Source: Chiloscyllium plagiosum
Taxonomy: Eukaryota
Length of the DNA: 46,886 bases
Direction: 5' to 3'
Assembly: GCF_004010195.1 (NCBI RefSeq)
Contig: NW_025214588.1
Location: 1 to 46,886 of the forward strand
In this document: positions 36,000-46,886 of the stretch, piece by piece
Layout of the letters: each line of letters begins with the position of its first letter
Numbering within the stretch: the first letter of the stretch is position 1
Notes under the pieces: model-generated
What the model was told of the DNA's origin: nothing
What the model saw: only the letters and a program-made list of their open reading frames with translations
The model's database searches: none
Program-made: the position numbers and the translations under genes

Positions 36000-36289
36000 T
36001 GGCCTAACCTGCAATCTTCTTCCCGACCTCTCCGCCCCCACCCCAGTCTGACCTATCACCCTCACCTTGACCTCTTTCCACCTATCACGTTTCCGACGCC
36101 CCTCCCCCAGGTCCCTCCTCCCTACCTTTTATCTTAGCCTGCTGGACAAACATTCCTCATTCCTGAAGAAGGGCTTATGCCCGAAACGTCGATTCTCCTG
36201 TTCCCTGGATGCTGCCTGACCTGCTGCGCTTTTCCAGCAACACATTTCCAGCTCTGATCTCCAGCATCTGCAGACCTCACTTTCTCCTC
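36000..36289 (+). mobile_element. Penelope-like element terminal region
   Basis: Pyrimidine-rich segment followed by a hammerhead core and gatgctgcctgacctgctgcgcttttccagcaacac...cactttctcc; a reverse-complement piece lies at 42348-42424. Confidence 0.7.
36161..36192 (+). ncRNA. Minimal type I hammerhead ribozyme motif
   Basis: tc-CTGAAGA(36163-36169)-a-gggc(ttat)gccc-GAAA(36183-36186)-C-GTC-ga; palindromic ACGT stem III and GUC triplet. Confidence 0.7.
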
Positions 36290-36374
36290 AAAGAGGCCAA
36301 TTTCTTGCCAGGTAGCAGCTCGTTGTCCAGGAAAGACATTCGTAGCTTGTTAAATGCCTTGTAAGTGTCCCAAC

Positions 36375-36619
36375 TAGATTAGATTAGATTAGATTCCCTA
36401 TAGTGTGGAAACAGGCCCTTCGGCCCAACAAATCCACACTGACCCTCCGAAGAGCAACCCACCCAGACCCATTCCCTTACACTTACCCCTTCACTTAACA
36501 CTACGGGCAATTTAGCATGGCCAATTCACCTGACCTGCACATCTTTGGACTGTGGGAGGAAACCGGAGCACCCGGAGGAAACCCACGCAGACACGGGGAG
36601 AATGTGCAAACTCCACACA
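36375..36619 (-). mobile_element. 5'-truncated HE1-type SINE
   Basis: (tagat)n tail and HE1 central domain; the tRNA head is missing. Confidence 0.88.
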
Positions 36620-39139
36620 AACTAATTAACATTCAGTTTCCCATTTTACCAAATAGCCTAAATATTGAGAAACCATGGAAACCAAAATGGCTGCCCTGTT
36701 GACTACAGCTCATCAATGACCAGCTTGCTTTTGCCCAGCAACTGACAGTGGCCCAGGGCACGATTCATAGGCATCAGTCTCACACACACCCACATTGACA
36801 TCTGACACTTACCAATGCATCACAACCAAGATGGCACCTCTCTGGTCCACTTACCGCCCAATTAGAAAGCTGGCCTGTATTGTAAGTTGCACCAGCAACT
36901 AACATTGAAAGGCTTTGTGCTCACAGAAAGCTCACAGATTGTAGTTTTGGGCTGCTCACTTTCCTTCTTACTCGCTCGCTTGCACGCGTTAGGGGAATGC
37001 CAGGCATGCTCACTGTCAGGGGATCTGTCTGACTACAGTCTGAGCAGCGGTCAGTCCTGTAGGGCCAGTCACAGCGGTCAGGGAATTCACGTATCATCGG
37101 CCAGGGAGCTGCAACTGGGGTCTGCTCAGCCATCCTGAAGACAGTCAGTGGGCTGCAGCAAATACACGCCTGAGGGTCTACCTGTTGACTGTTAAAAAGC
37201 AGCACAGGGGCACTTTAAGGGCAGGAGTGATATCACTGCCTAAAGAGGGTGGAGGAATTTAAAGTCTGAGCTGTTTGGTTAGGTGGGCATATTTAGAAAG
37301 GTGGGCATAAGGCTGTTGATGGGGGAATCTCAAGATTTGTAGAGCTACATGTGGAACAGTATCAGAGGGCTTAGTAGGCTACTGGGGGGGGGGGGGGGGG
37401 AGTGAGTAGCTGGTATTGACCGTTACCATGGCCTCTTCAAGGGGAGTGGAGAGGTGCAGGATATCGTTAAGCTGGTTGGAGTTAATGAGGAGCTGCATTC
37501 ACCAGGGTACCCACTCTGATTTCCATGATTTCTCACATTAAGGTATAATATGGGGTCTCAGGAGGACAGTTGGCGGCAAAGTTCAATACGTTTGGTCTCC
37601 TCATGGAGGTGTTAGGCAGAAGTCAACAGTCAGGGTATTGCAAGGTCAAAGGTGACATGGAAGCTCCAAGGGAAGAGGGGGCACCTTGGTGACCAGGCAT
37701 GGCCCAGTGCTGATGGTGTCTACCATAAGCTGCGTTCCCTGCTATCATCATCTGACCTTCTCTAGATCTGAAATATAAATGGGACAATGGGTGGTGCCAG
37801 TTTAATGGACAAACGCCCAGGATCCACGTCGGCTGACTGTTAGGACATCGAAGGGGCAAATACATGAAGCATAGGTGTGCAATCTCCAGCCTCATTTCAT
37901 TGGCAATCTCTTCCTCACACACACGCAATGCACGTGGAATGGATGTGCTGATGCAATAAATGTCGGCCAAAGGCATTGGTGCTAATAGAACTAACACTGG
38001 CAACTTAATGATCAGGAAGTTAGCCTATAAACTTAAAAGGAGGTGAAGCACCCCATCATTTGTGGAATTTCCATGGGTGGTTTGGGGAACATGGTAAGTC
38101 TTGACCATGGACTCTAATGAATGCAGCAGAGCGTAGAATGGCTGATGTGGATCTAGGATGGAGTGCACCAGGCACTTATCAGTTTATTGCTCAGCCGGTG
38201 AGGCAGTGAAGTGATCGGATAGGAAGTGGGGGAATGGGAGCTGCCGTCTGAGGAGGAGGATGAGGACATTCAGGGAGAAAACCGTCCCTGTGGATGACAA
38301 AGCTCAGTTAAATCGGGCACTATAATCCGACAGGGCCTCCCCACTGGCACCCGATTCCAGGAGGCGGGAGCTGGGTACAACAGATTGTCAAGGTCAAGGT
38401 GCTAGCATTCTGTTGGCTTTGTGGGTGTAAACTGCAACTCGTATTTATTTCCTTTGTGTTCCCTTTCGCTGGTTATCAATAAGAGCTCAGCTTTGGAAGA
38501 TGTTCCCCCACTGGACAATAACAAGGTGCGGGTGACCACTGGGCACTGGGGAAAGAATAGTGGGGACTCAGAGATGGGACAAAGCTAAGGACAGGTAAAC
38601 CGCATGGCCTGATGGGTCAATGGTGAGGAAATGGGGATGCATGTGTGAAGGAGTGACAGCCATGTGGCTATGTGCTGTGGGTACTTTGGCTTTGTGGTTG
38701 CTATGCCACTCTCACTTCATTGGCAGCAAAACCGGATTGCCAACTCTGATCTGAGTGCCTGGCAGACTCTCAAAGATGGTCCAAACATGAGGGATTCCTT
38801 TATTTCGGTGGAGATCTGGTGAGTGGTGAGTTATATTGGTGGCACCGCATGATAAGATGGGGCTGGAATTGAACATAAGGGGCAGGGTAGGTATTTAGTG
38901 AGACACAGATATGGTGAAAAATCTCTCCCAAAAAACCGACACAACCTGCACTTAGCTAAAGCACAAGGTTCAGCCAAAGTTTCCACCGTTTATGAATTTT
39001 CAAACATCCATACCAAGCTTTGTTAACTCAAAATGTACATCCAGAATTCTCCCCAACTCTACATTCATGATTTTAAACTCAAACTTTGAAACATCTTTCA
39101 ACCCTAATAAAGTACATGCATGCATACAAAGGACTGACA

Positions 39140-39383
39140 ATCAAGCCACAGAGAAGGACATGAAGGATTGGGAACTTGGGGAAGCTAGTGGTTCTATCAT
39201 GGGGACAGTCCCTATCACAGTAGAGGAGATGTTGGATGTGTTAGAATGTGTGAAAGTGGATACAGCTCCTGGTCCTGACCAGATATATCCAAGCACACTG
39301 CAAGAGGCCAGAGAAGATATTTTGGTGGCCCTGGCTGATATTTTTGCATCATAATTATCGTGGAAGACTGGAGAGTAGTGAAT
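39140..39383 (+). mobile_element. CR1-type LINE, 5' part of an interrupted element
   Basis: ITVEEMLDVLECVKVDTAPGPDQIYPSTLQEARE...DIFAS...EDWRVVN; continues at 42425. Confidence 0.85.
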
Positions 39384-39385
39384 AG

Positions 39386-42340
39386 ATCATAGAACATGGA
39401 ACAGTACAGCACAGTACAGGTCCTTCAGCCCTTGATGTTGTCCCAACCTTTTATCCTACTCTAACATCAAACTAACCTACATACCCTACATTTTACTATC
39501 TTCCATTCGCCTATCCAGGAGTCTCTTAAATGTCCCTAATGTATCTTACTCTGCTACCACTGCTGGCAATGCATTCCATGCACCCACCGCACTCTGTGTA
39601 AAGAACCAACCTCTGACATCTCCCCTATATCTTCCTTCTATCACCTTAAAATTATATCCACTCATGACAGCCATTTCTGCCCCAAGGAAAAGTCTCTGGC
39701 TATCTACTCTATCTATGCCTCTGATCATTATCTAGAACTTTATCAAGTTACCTCTCATCTTTTTTCACTCCATTGAGAAAAGCCCTAGCTCCCTCAACCT
39801 TTCTTCATAAGACATCCCCTCCAGTTCAGGCAGCATCCTGGTAAATCTTCTCTGCACCCTCTCTAAAGCTTCCACATCATTCCTCTAATGAGGTGACCAG
39901 AACTGAACACAATATTCCAAGTGTGGTCTAACCAGGGCTCTATAGACCTGCAGTGTAACCTTAAACTCAATCCCCCTGTTCATGCAAGACAACACACCAT
40001 ACGCCTTCTTAACAACCCTTTCAACTTGAGTGGCAACTTTGAGGGATTTCTGTACATGGACCCCAAGTTCTCTCTGCTCCTCCACACTGCCAAGAATCCT
40101 GCCTTTAACCTTGTATTCTGCATGCAACTTCAACCTTCCAAAATGAATCACTTCACATTTATCCAGGTTGAATTCCAACTGCCACTTATCAGCCCAGTTC
40201 TGCATCCTGTCAATGTCCCATTGTAACCTGCAACAGCCCTCCACACTATCCACAACTCCACCAACCTTCGTGTCATCAGCAAACTTACTAACCCACCCTT
40301 CCACTTCCTCATCCAAGTCATTTATAAAATCACAAAGAATAGAGGTCCCAGAATAGATCCTTGCAGAACACCACTGGTCACCGAGCTCCAGGCTGAATAA
40401 CTTTCATCTACTACCACCCTCTGTCTTCTGTGGGTCAGCCAATTCTGTATCCAGACTGCCAAATTTCCTTGTATCCTGTGCCTCCTTGCTTCTAATGAGC
40501 CTACCATGAGGAAACTTATCAAATGCCTTGCTAAAATCCATATACACCACATCCGCTGCTCTACCTTCATCAATGTATTTTGTCACATACTCAAAGAATT
40601 CAGTAGGTCATGTCCCTCACAAAGCCATGCTGACTCTCTCTAATCAAGCTATGTTTTTCCAAATAATCATAAATCCTGTCTCTCAGAATCCTCTCCAATA
40701 ATTTGCCCACCACCAACATAAGACTGACAGGTTCATAATTCCCAGGATTATCCCTATTCCCTTTCTTGAACAAGAGAATAACATTTTCCATCCTCTAATC
40801 ATCTGGCACTACTCCAGTGGACAGTGAGGGCGCAAAGATCATCACAGCAATCTCTTCCCTCACTTCCCGTAGTAATCAACAGTACACCCCGTCTGGCCCA
40901 GGGGACTTATCCATCCTCATGTTTTTCAAAATTTCCAGCACATCCTCCTTCTTAACATCAACCTGTTCGTGTGTGTCAGTCTGTTTCATGCTGTCCTCAC
41001 AAATGACAAGGTCCCTCTCACTAGTGAATACTGAAACAAAGTATTCATTAAGGACCTCCCTAACTTTCTCCATCTCCAGGCACAATTTCCCTCCACTATC
41101 CCTGATCAGCCCTACCCTCAATCTGGTCATCCTCTTGTTCCTCACATAAGTGTATAATGCTTTGGGGTTTTCCTTAATCCTACTCGCTAAATCTTTTTCA
41201 TGCCCCCTTCTAGCTCTCCTACGTCCATTCTTCAGTTCCTTCCTGGCTACCATGTATCCCTCTAGAGGCCTGCCTGATCCTTGCCTCCTCAGCCTGAAGT
41301 TAGTTTCCTTTTTCCTCTTGACTAGATGTTCCACGTCCCTTGTCATCCAATGTTTCTTCACTGTACCATCCCTTCCTTGCCTCAGTGGCACAAATCTGTC
41401 CAGCACTGCCAACAAGTGCTCCCTAAACAACCTCTGCATTTCTGTTATGCATTTCCCTGAGAATATCTGCTCCTATCTTATGCTTCACAGTTCCTGCCTT
41501 ATAACATTGTGATTTCCCCTTACCCCAATAAAATATTTTCCCATATCGTCTGTTTTTATCGCTGTCCATGACTATAAAAAAAGGTCGGGGGTTGTGATCA
41601 CTATCGCTGAAATGCTCTCTCACCGAGATGTCTGACACCTGGCCTGGTTGGCTGCCAAGCACCAAATCCAATATGGCCTCCCTCTAGTCGACCTATCTAC
41701 ATATTGAGTCAGACATCCTTCCTGGACACACCCGACAAAAACTGCTCCATCCAAACTATTTGCACTAAGGAGGTTCCAATCGATGTTAGGGAAGTTGAAG
41801 GTACCCATGACAACAACCCAGTTACTTCTACACCTTTCCTAAATCTGCCTCCCAATCTACTCCTCTGTGTCTCTGTTGCTATTGGCAGGTCGATAGAAAA
41901 CTCCCAATAAAGTGACTGCTCCTTTCCTGTTTCTGACTTCCACCCACACTGACTCTGTAGACAAACCCTCCTCCACCACCTCCCTTTCTGCAGCTGTGAT
42001 ATTATCGCTGATTAGCAAGGCCACTCCCTCACCTCTTTTACCTCTCTCCCTATTCCTTTTGAAACATCTAAAACCAGGAACATCTAACAACCATCCTTGT
42101 CCTTGCGATATCCAAGTCTCTGTGGTGGCCACAACATCATAGTTCCATGCTCTCAGTTCATCACCCTTACTCCTGACACTTGTTGCAATAAAACAGACAC
42201 ACTTCAACCCATCCCGCTTTGGCCTATCAACAGTTTCTCCTTCCTCACAGCCTCTCTGCCTGCTGTATCTGCCTGCTCACCAGCCACCCTATTCTCTGAT
42301 CCATAGCTCTGGTTCCCATCCAGCTGCCAGACTAGATTAA
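39386..42340 (-). mobile_element. CR1-type LINE with near-complete but disrupted ORF2 (APE endonuclease plus RT)
   Basis: Successive minus-strand ORF pieces: YDVVATTETW...GVFYRP, GTFNFPNIDW, SDSDHN, KSPGPDG, GNYEPVSL...[43 protein letters not shown]; multiple frameshifts and stops. Confidence 0.95.
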
Positions 42341-42347
42341 ATGTTGT

Positions 42348-42424
42348 AGGAGAAAGTGAGGGATCAGAGCTGAAAATGTGTTGCTGGAAAAGCGCAGCAG
42401 GTCAGGCAGCATCAAAGGAGCAGG
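42348..42424 (-). mobile_element. Short Penelope-like terminal fragment with 7-bp TSD
   Basis: Reverse complement of ~36196-36288 with an internal deletion; atgttgt at 42341-42347 and 42425-42431. Confidence 0.7.
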
Positions 42425-43850
42425 ATGTTGTGCTATTATTCAAGAGCCACTGGAAAGAAAAACCTGGGAACTACAGACCAGTAAGTTTGGCATCGGTGGT
42501 GGGTACGTTAGGTGAGAAGATTCTGAGAGATAAGATACACATGCGTCTGGAAAGACAGGGTTTGATGAGGAATAGTCAGCATGGCTTTGTGCATCAGAGA
42601 TCATGCCTCACAAATTTGTTCCAGTTCTTTGATGAAGTGACCAGGGAAGGCAGGGCAGGGCAGTAGATGTGGTCTATCTGGATTTCAGTAAGGCCTTTGA
42701 TAAGGTTCCACATGGTAGGCTGCTCTTGGAAGTTAGATTGCATGGACTCCAGGGAGGGCTGGAAAATTGGATACAAAATTGGCTTGATGGTAAGAAGCAG
42801 AGGGTAATAGTGGAAGGATGCTTGTCGGACTGGAGGTCCTGTAACTAGTGGAGTGCCTCAGGGTCGGTGTTGGGCACATTGCTGTTTGTTCTCTGTATCA
42901 ATGATTTGGATGAGAATATACAAAGCTTGATTAGTAAGTTTGCTGATGACACTAAAGTAGGCGGTATCGTGGCCAGTGAGGAAGATTATCAGAAATTGCA
43001 GCAGGACCTTGGTCAGCTGGGGAAGTGGGCCGAGAAATGGCAAATGGAGTTTAAGTGTGAGGTCTTACATTTTGGAAAGTCAAATCAAGGTAGGAGTTTC
43101 ATGGTGAATGATAAGGCCTTAAGGAATGTATTTGAACAGTGGGACCTTGGAGTTCAGGTGCACGTTTCTCTGAAAGTAGAGTAACAGGTAGACAGGGCAG
43201 TGAAGAAGGCTTTTGACACACTGGCCTTCATCAGTCAAGGCATTGAGTATAGAAGTTGGGAAGATATGTTCCAGTTACTCAGGACGTTGGTGAGGCTGAA
43301 CTTGGAGTATTGTGTTCCGTTTTGGTCACCTTGTTATAGGAAGGATGTTATTAAACTGGAAAGAGTGCAGAAGAAATTTACAAGGATATTGTCTGGACTC
43401 AATGGTCTGAGTTATAGGATGAGGTTGGACAAGCCAGGATTTTTTTCTTTTGTAAGAGACTGAGGGAGGACCTTATACAGGAGTATAAGACCATGAGAGG
43501 CCTGGATAGGGTGAATACACTCAGTCTTTTTCCCAGGGTTGGGGAATCAAGGACTAGAGGGCATGGGTTTAAGGTTAGAGGGGAAAGAATAAAAGGGAAT
43601 CTGACAGGCAACTTCTTTTCACAGAGGGTGGTATGGATATGGAATGAGCTGTCAGTGGAAGTGGCTGAGGCGGTCGCATTAACAACATTTAAAAGGCATT
43701 TAGACAAACACATGGATTGGAAAGGTTTAGAAGGAAATGGGCCAAGTGCAGGGAAATGGAGTTAGTGAGGATGGAAAGTTTGGTTGGCATGGAGCAGTTT
43801 GGGCTGAAGGGCCTGTCTCTGTGCTGTAGGACTCTATGACGCTATGACTA
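42425..43850 (+). mobile_element. CR1-type LINE, RT and 3' end (3' part of the interrupted element)
   Basis: VVLLFK...PGNYRPVSL...SQHGF...SCLTNL, INDLD...[26 protein letters not shown]; tail actctatgacgctatgac. Confidence 0.93.
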
Positions 43851-44039
43851 AGCCATTCATCCCAATAACTACAATGGGTAAAGTATATTATTGCTGCATT
43901 CACACAAACACAGTCTTCTACTGACACAGCAGGAAGATTTCACACTGCTCACATAGACCTGAATCCTGCAGTTGCCTTTCCCAAAGCACTATATATGTAG
44001 CTACATCTAAATGACTGCAATATTTCAAATAAAATGAAG

Positions 44040-46886
44040 CTCTCCTCTACCTGCACAAGAACACCTCACCTCTACCTGCACAAGAAGACCTCACCTCTAC
44101 CAACACAAGGACACCTCACCTCTTCCTGCACAAAGATACCTCACCTCTATCTGCAAAAGGACACTTCACCTCTTCCTGCTCAAGTACACCTCACCTCTCC
44201 GTGCACAAGTACACCTCACCTCTTCCAGAACAAGAACACCTCACCTCTACCTGCTCAAGGACACCTCACCTCTACCGGCACAAGGACACAGCACATCTTC
44301 CTGCTCATGGACACCTCACCCCTTCTTGCACAAGGATACCTCACCTCTATCTGCAAAAGGGCACCTCACCTCTACCTGCTCAAGGACACTGCACCTCTTC
44401 CTGCACAAGGATACCTCACCACCTCCTGCACAAGGACACCTCACCTCTACCTGCAAAAGTACACCTCACCTCTTCCTGCAGAAGGACACCTCACCTGTAC
44501 CTACACAATGACACCTCATCTCTACCTGCACAAGAACACCTCACATCTTCCAGCAAAAGGACACCTCACCTCTTCCTGCTCAAGTATACCTCACCTCTAC
44601 CTGCGCAAGTACACCTCACCTCCACTTGCAATAGTACACCTCACCTCCACCTGCTGAAGGACACTGCACCTCTACCTGCACAAGGACACCTCAGATCTAC
44701 TGCTCAAGTACACCTCAATTCAAACTGCACATGTACATCTCACCTCCACCTGCTCAAGGACACCTCACCTCTTCCTGTACAAGGACACCTCACCTCTTCC
44801 TGCTCATGGGCACCTCACCTCTACCTGCTCAAGTACACTGCACGTCTACTGCTCAAGTACACCTCACCTCACCTCTTCCTGCACAAGAACACCTCACTTC
44901 TACCAGCTCAAGGGAAGCTCACTTCTTCTTGCACAAGGACACCTCACCTCCACTTGCAAAAGGACACCTCATCTCTTCCTGCACAAGTACACCTCAATTC
45001 TTCCTGCTCAAAGATACCTCACCTCTTCCTGCTCAAAGACACCTCACCTCCACCTGCACAAGAACACCACATCTCTACCCGCATAAGGGCACCTCACCTC
45101 TACCTGCTCAAAGACTCCTCACCTCTTCCTGCACAAGGACGTCTCACCTCTACCTGCTCAAGTACACCTCACCTCCACCAGCACCCTCACCTCCAACTGC
45201 TCAAGGACACTGCACCTCTACCTGCACAAGGACACCTCAACCCTACTGCTCAAGGACACCTCACCTCTACCTGCATATGGACACCTCACCTCTACCAGCT
45301 CAAGGGAAGCTCACTTCTTCCTGCACAAGTGCACCTCACCCCTTCCTGCTCAAAGACACCTCACCTCTACCTGCATCAGGGCACCTCACCTCTCCCTGCT
45401 CAAAGACTAATCATCTTTTCCGGCACAAGGATACCTCACCTCTACCTGCTCAAGTACACTCACCTCCACCTGCGCATGGACTCCTCACCTCTACCAGCTG
45501 AAGGGAAGCTCACTTCTCCCTGCACAAGGACACCTCATCTATACCTGCACAAAGACACCTCACTTCCACCTGCACAAGGACACCGCACCTCCAGGTGCAC
45601 AATGACACCTCACCTCTAGCTGCTCAAGTAGACCTCACCTCTTCCTGCACAAGGACACCTTACCTCTACCAGCTCAAGGGAAGCTCACTTCTTCCTGCAC
45701 AAGGACACCTCACCTCTACCTGCACAAGGACACATCACCTCTACCTGCTCAAGTACACCTCACCTCTTCCTGCTCAAAGACACCTCTCCTCTACCAGCTC
45801 AAGGGAAGCTCATTTCTTCCTGCACAAGGACACCTCACCTCTACCTGCACAACGACACCTCACTTCCACCTGCACAAGGACATCTCATCTCTTCCTGCAC
45901 AAGTACACCTCACCCCTTCCTGCTCAAAGACACCTCACCTCTACCTGCACAAGGACACCTCACCTCTTCCTGCTCAAGGACACCTCACCCCTTCGTGCAC
46001 AAGTACACCTCACCTCTACCTGCACATGGACACCTCACCTCTACCTGCACAAGGACACCTCACCTCTTCCTGCTCAAAGACACCTCACCTCCACTTGCAC
46101 ATGGACACCTCACCTCGACCAGCTCAAGGGAAGCTCACTTCTTCCTGCACAAGGGCATCTCACCTCCACGTGCACAATGACACCTCACCTCTACCTTCAC
46201 AAGAACACCTCATCTCTACCTGCATAAGGGCACCTTACCTCTACCTGCTCAAAGACTCCTCACCTCATCCTGCACAAGGACACCTCATCTCTACCTGCTC
46301 AAGTACACCTCACCTCCACGTGCACAATGTCACCTCATCTCTTCCTGCACAAGGACACCTTACATCTTCCTGCACAAGGACATCTCACCTCTACCTGCAC
46401 AAGTACACCTCACCCATTCCTGCACAAAGACAACTCACCTCCACCTGCACAAGGACACCTCACCTCCTCCTGCACAAGGACACCTCACATCTTCCTGCAC
46501 AATGACACCTCATCACTACCTGCACAAGAACACATCACTTCTTCCTACTCAAGTATACCTCACCTCTTCCTGCACGAGTACACCTCATCTCTCCCTGCAC
46601 AAGAACACCTCACCTCTCCCAGCTCAGGACACCTCACCTCTACCTGTACAAGGACACCTCACTTCTATTGCTCAAGTACACCTCACCTCTACCTGCACAA
46701 GGAAACCTCACTTCTTCCTGCACAAAGACACCTCACCTCTACCTGCTCACTTCTTCCGGCACAAGGACACCTCACCCCTACCTGCTCAAGGACACCTCAT
46801 CTCTTCCTGCACAAGTACACCACACCCCTTCCTGCTCAAAGACCTGCACAAGTACACCACACCCCTTCCTGCTCAAAGACACCTCA
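44040..46886. repeat. 25-bp minisatellite (consensus about ACACCTCACCTCTWCCTGCWCAAGG), more than 110 units, running off the window end
   Basis: Units start at 44061, 44086, 44111 and onward; diverged units with recurrent variants. Confidence 0.97.

Noticed and set aside
39386..42340. Active autonomous CR1
   Set aside because: ORF2 is broken into many frames with stops, and most of ORF1 and the 5'UTR are missing
44201..45619. 472-aa ORF and overlapping His/Thr/Pro-rich ORFs as genes
   Set aside because: All three frames give the same periodic peptide because the 25-bp unit lacks stops; no splice or domain evidence

Overview
Eukaryotic, repeat-dense vertebrate DNA, very likely from a cartilaginous fish (shark): it carries HE1-type tRNA-derived SINEs and partner CR1-type LINEs with (ACTCTATG)n tails. 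The only host coding sequence I can support is a + strand terminal exon of a GSG1-like gene (GSG1L family; claudin-fold AMPA-receptor auxiliary subunit) at 31220-31517. Everything upstream is therefore probably one very long intron, and everything downstream is 3'UTR or intergenic. The rest comprises many CR1/L2-type LINE fragments (including a nested CR1-in-CR1 cluster), two SINE families, a 5'-truncated Tx1/L1-type LINE with a 14-bp TSD, a probable solo LTR and short Penelope-like fragments, several with minimal hammerhead-ribozyme cores. There is also an ~8.5-kb array of a 32-bp unit that appears to derive from the tRNA-like 5' end of a SINE, a 25-bp minisatellite running off the right end, and two assembly gaps. 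No CRISPR, rRNA or bona fide tRNA genes were seen. Family names come from recognition, not database searches, and element boundaries are approximate unless a TSD is given.
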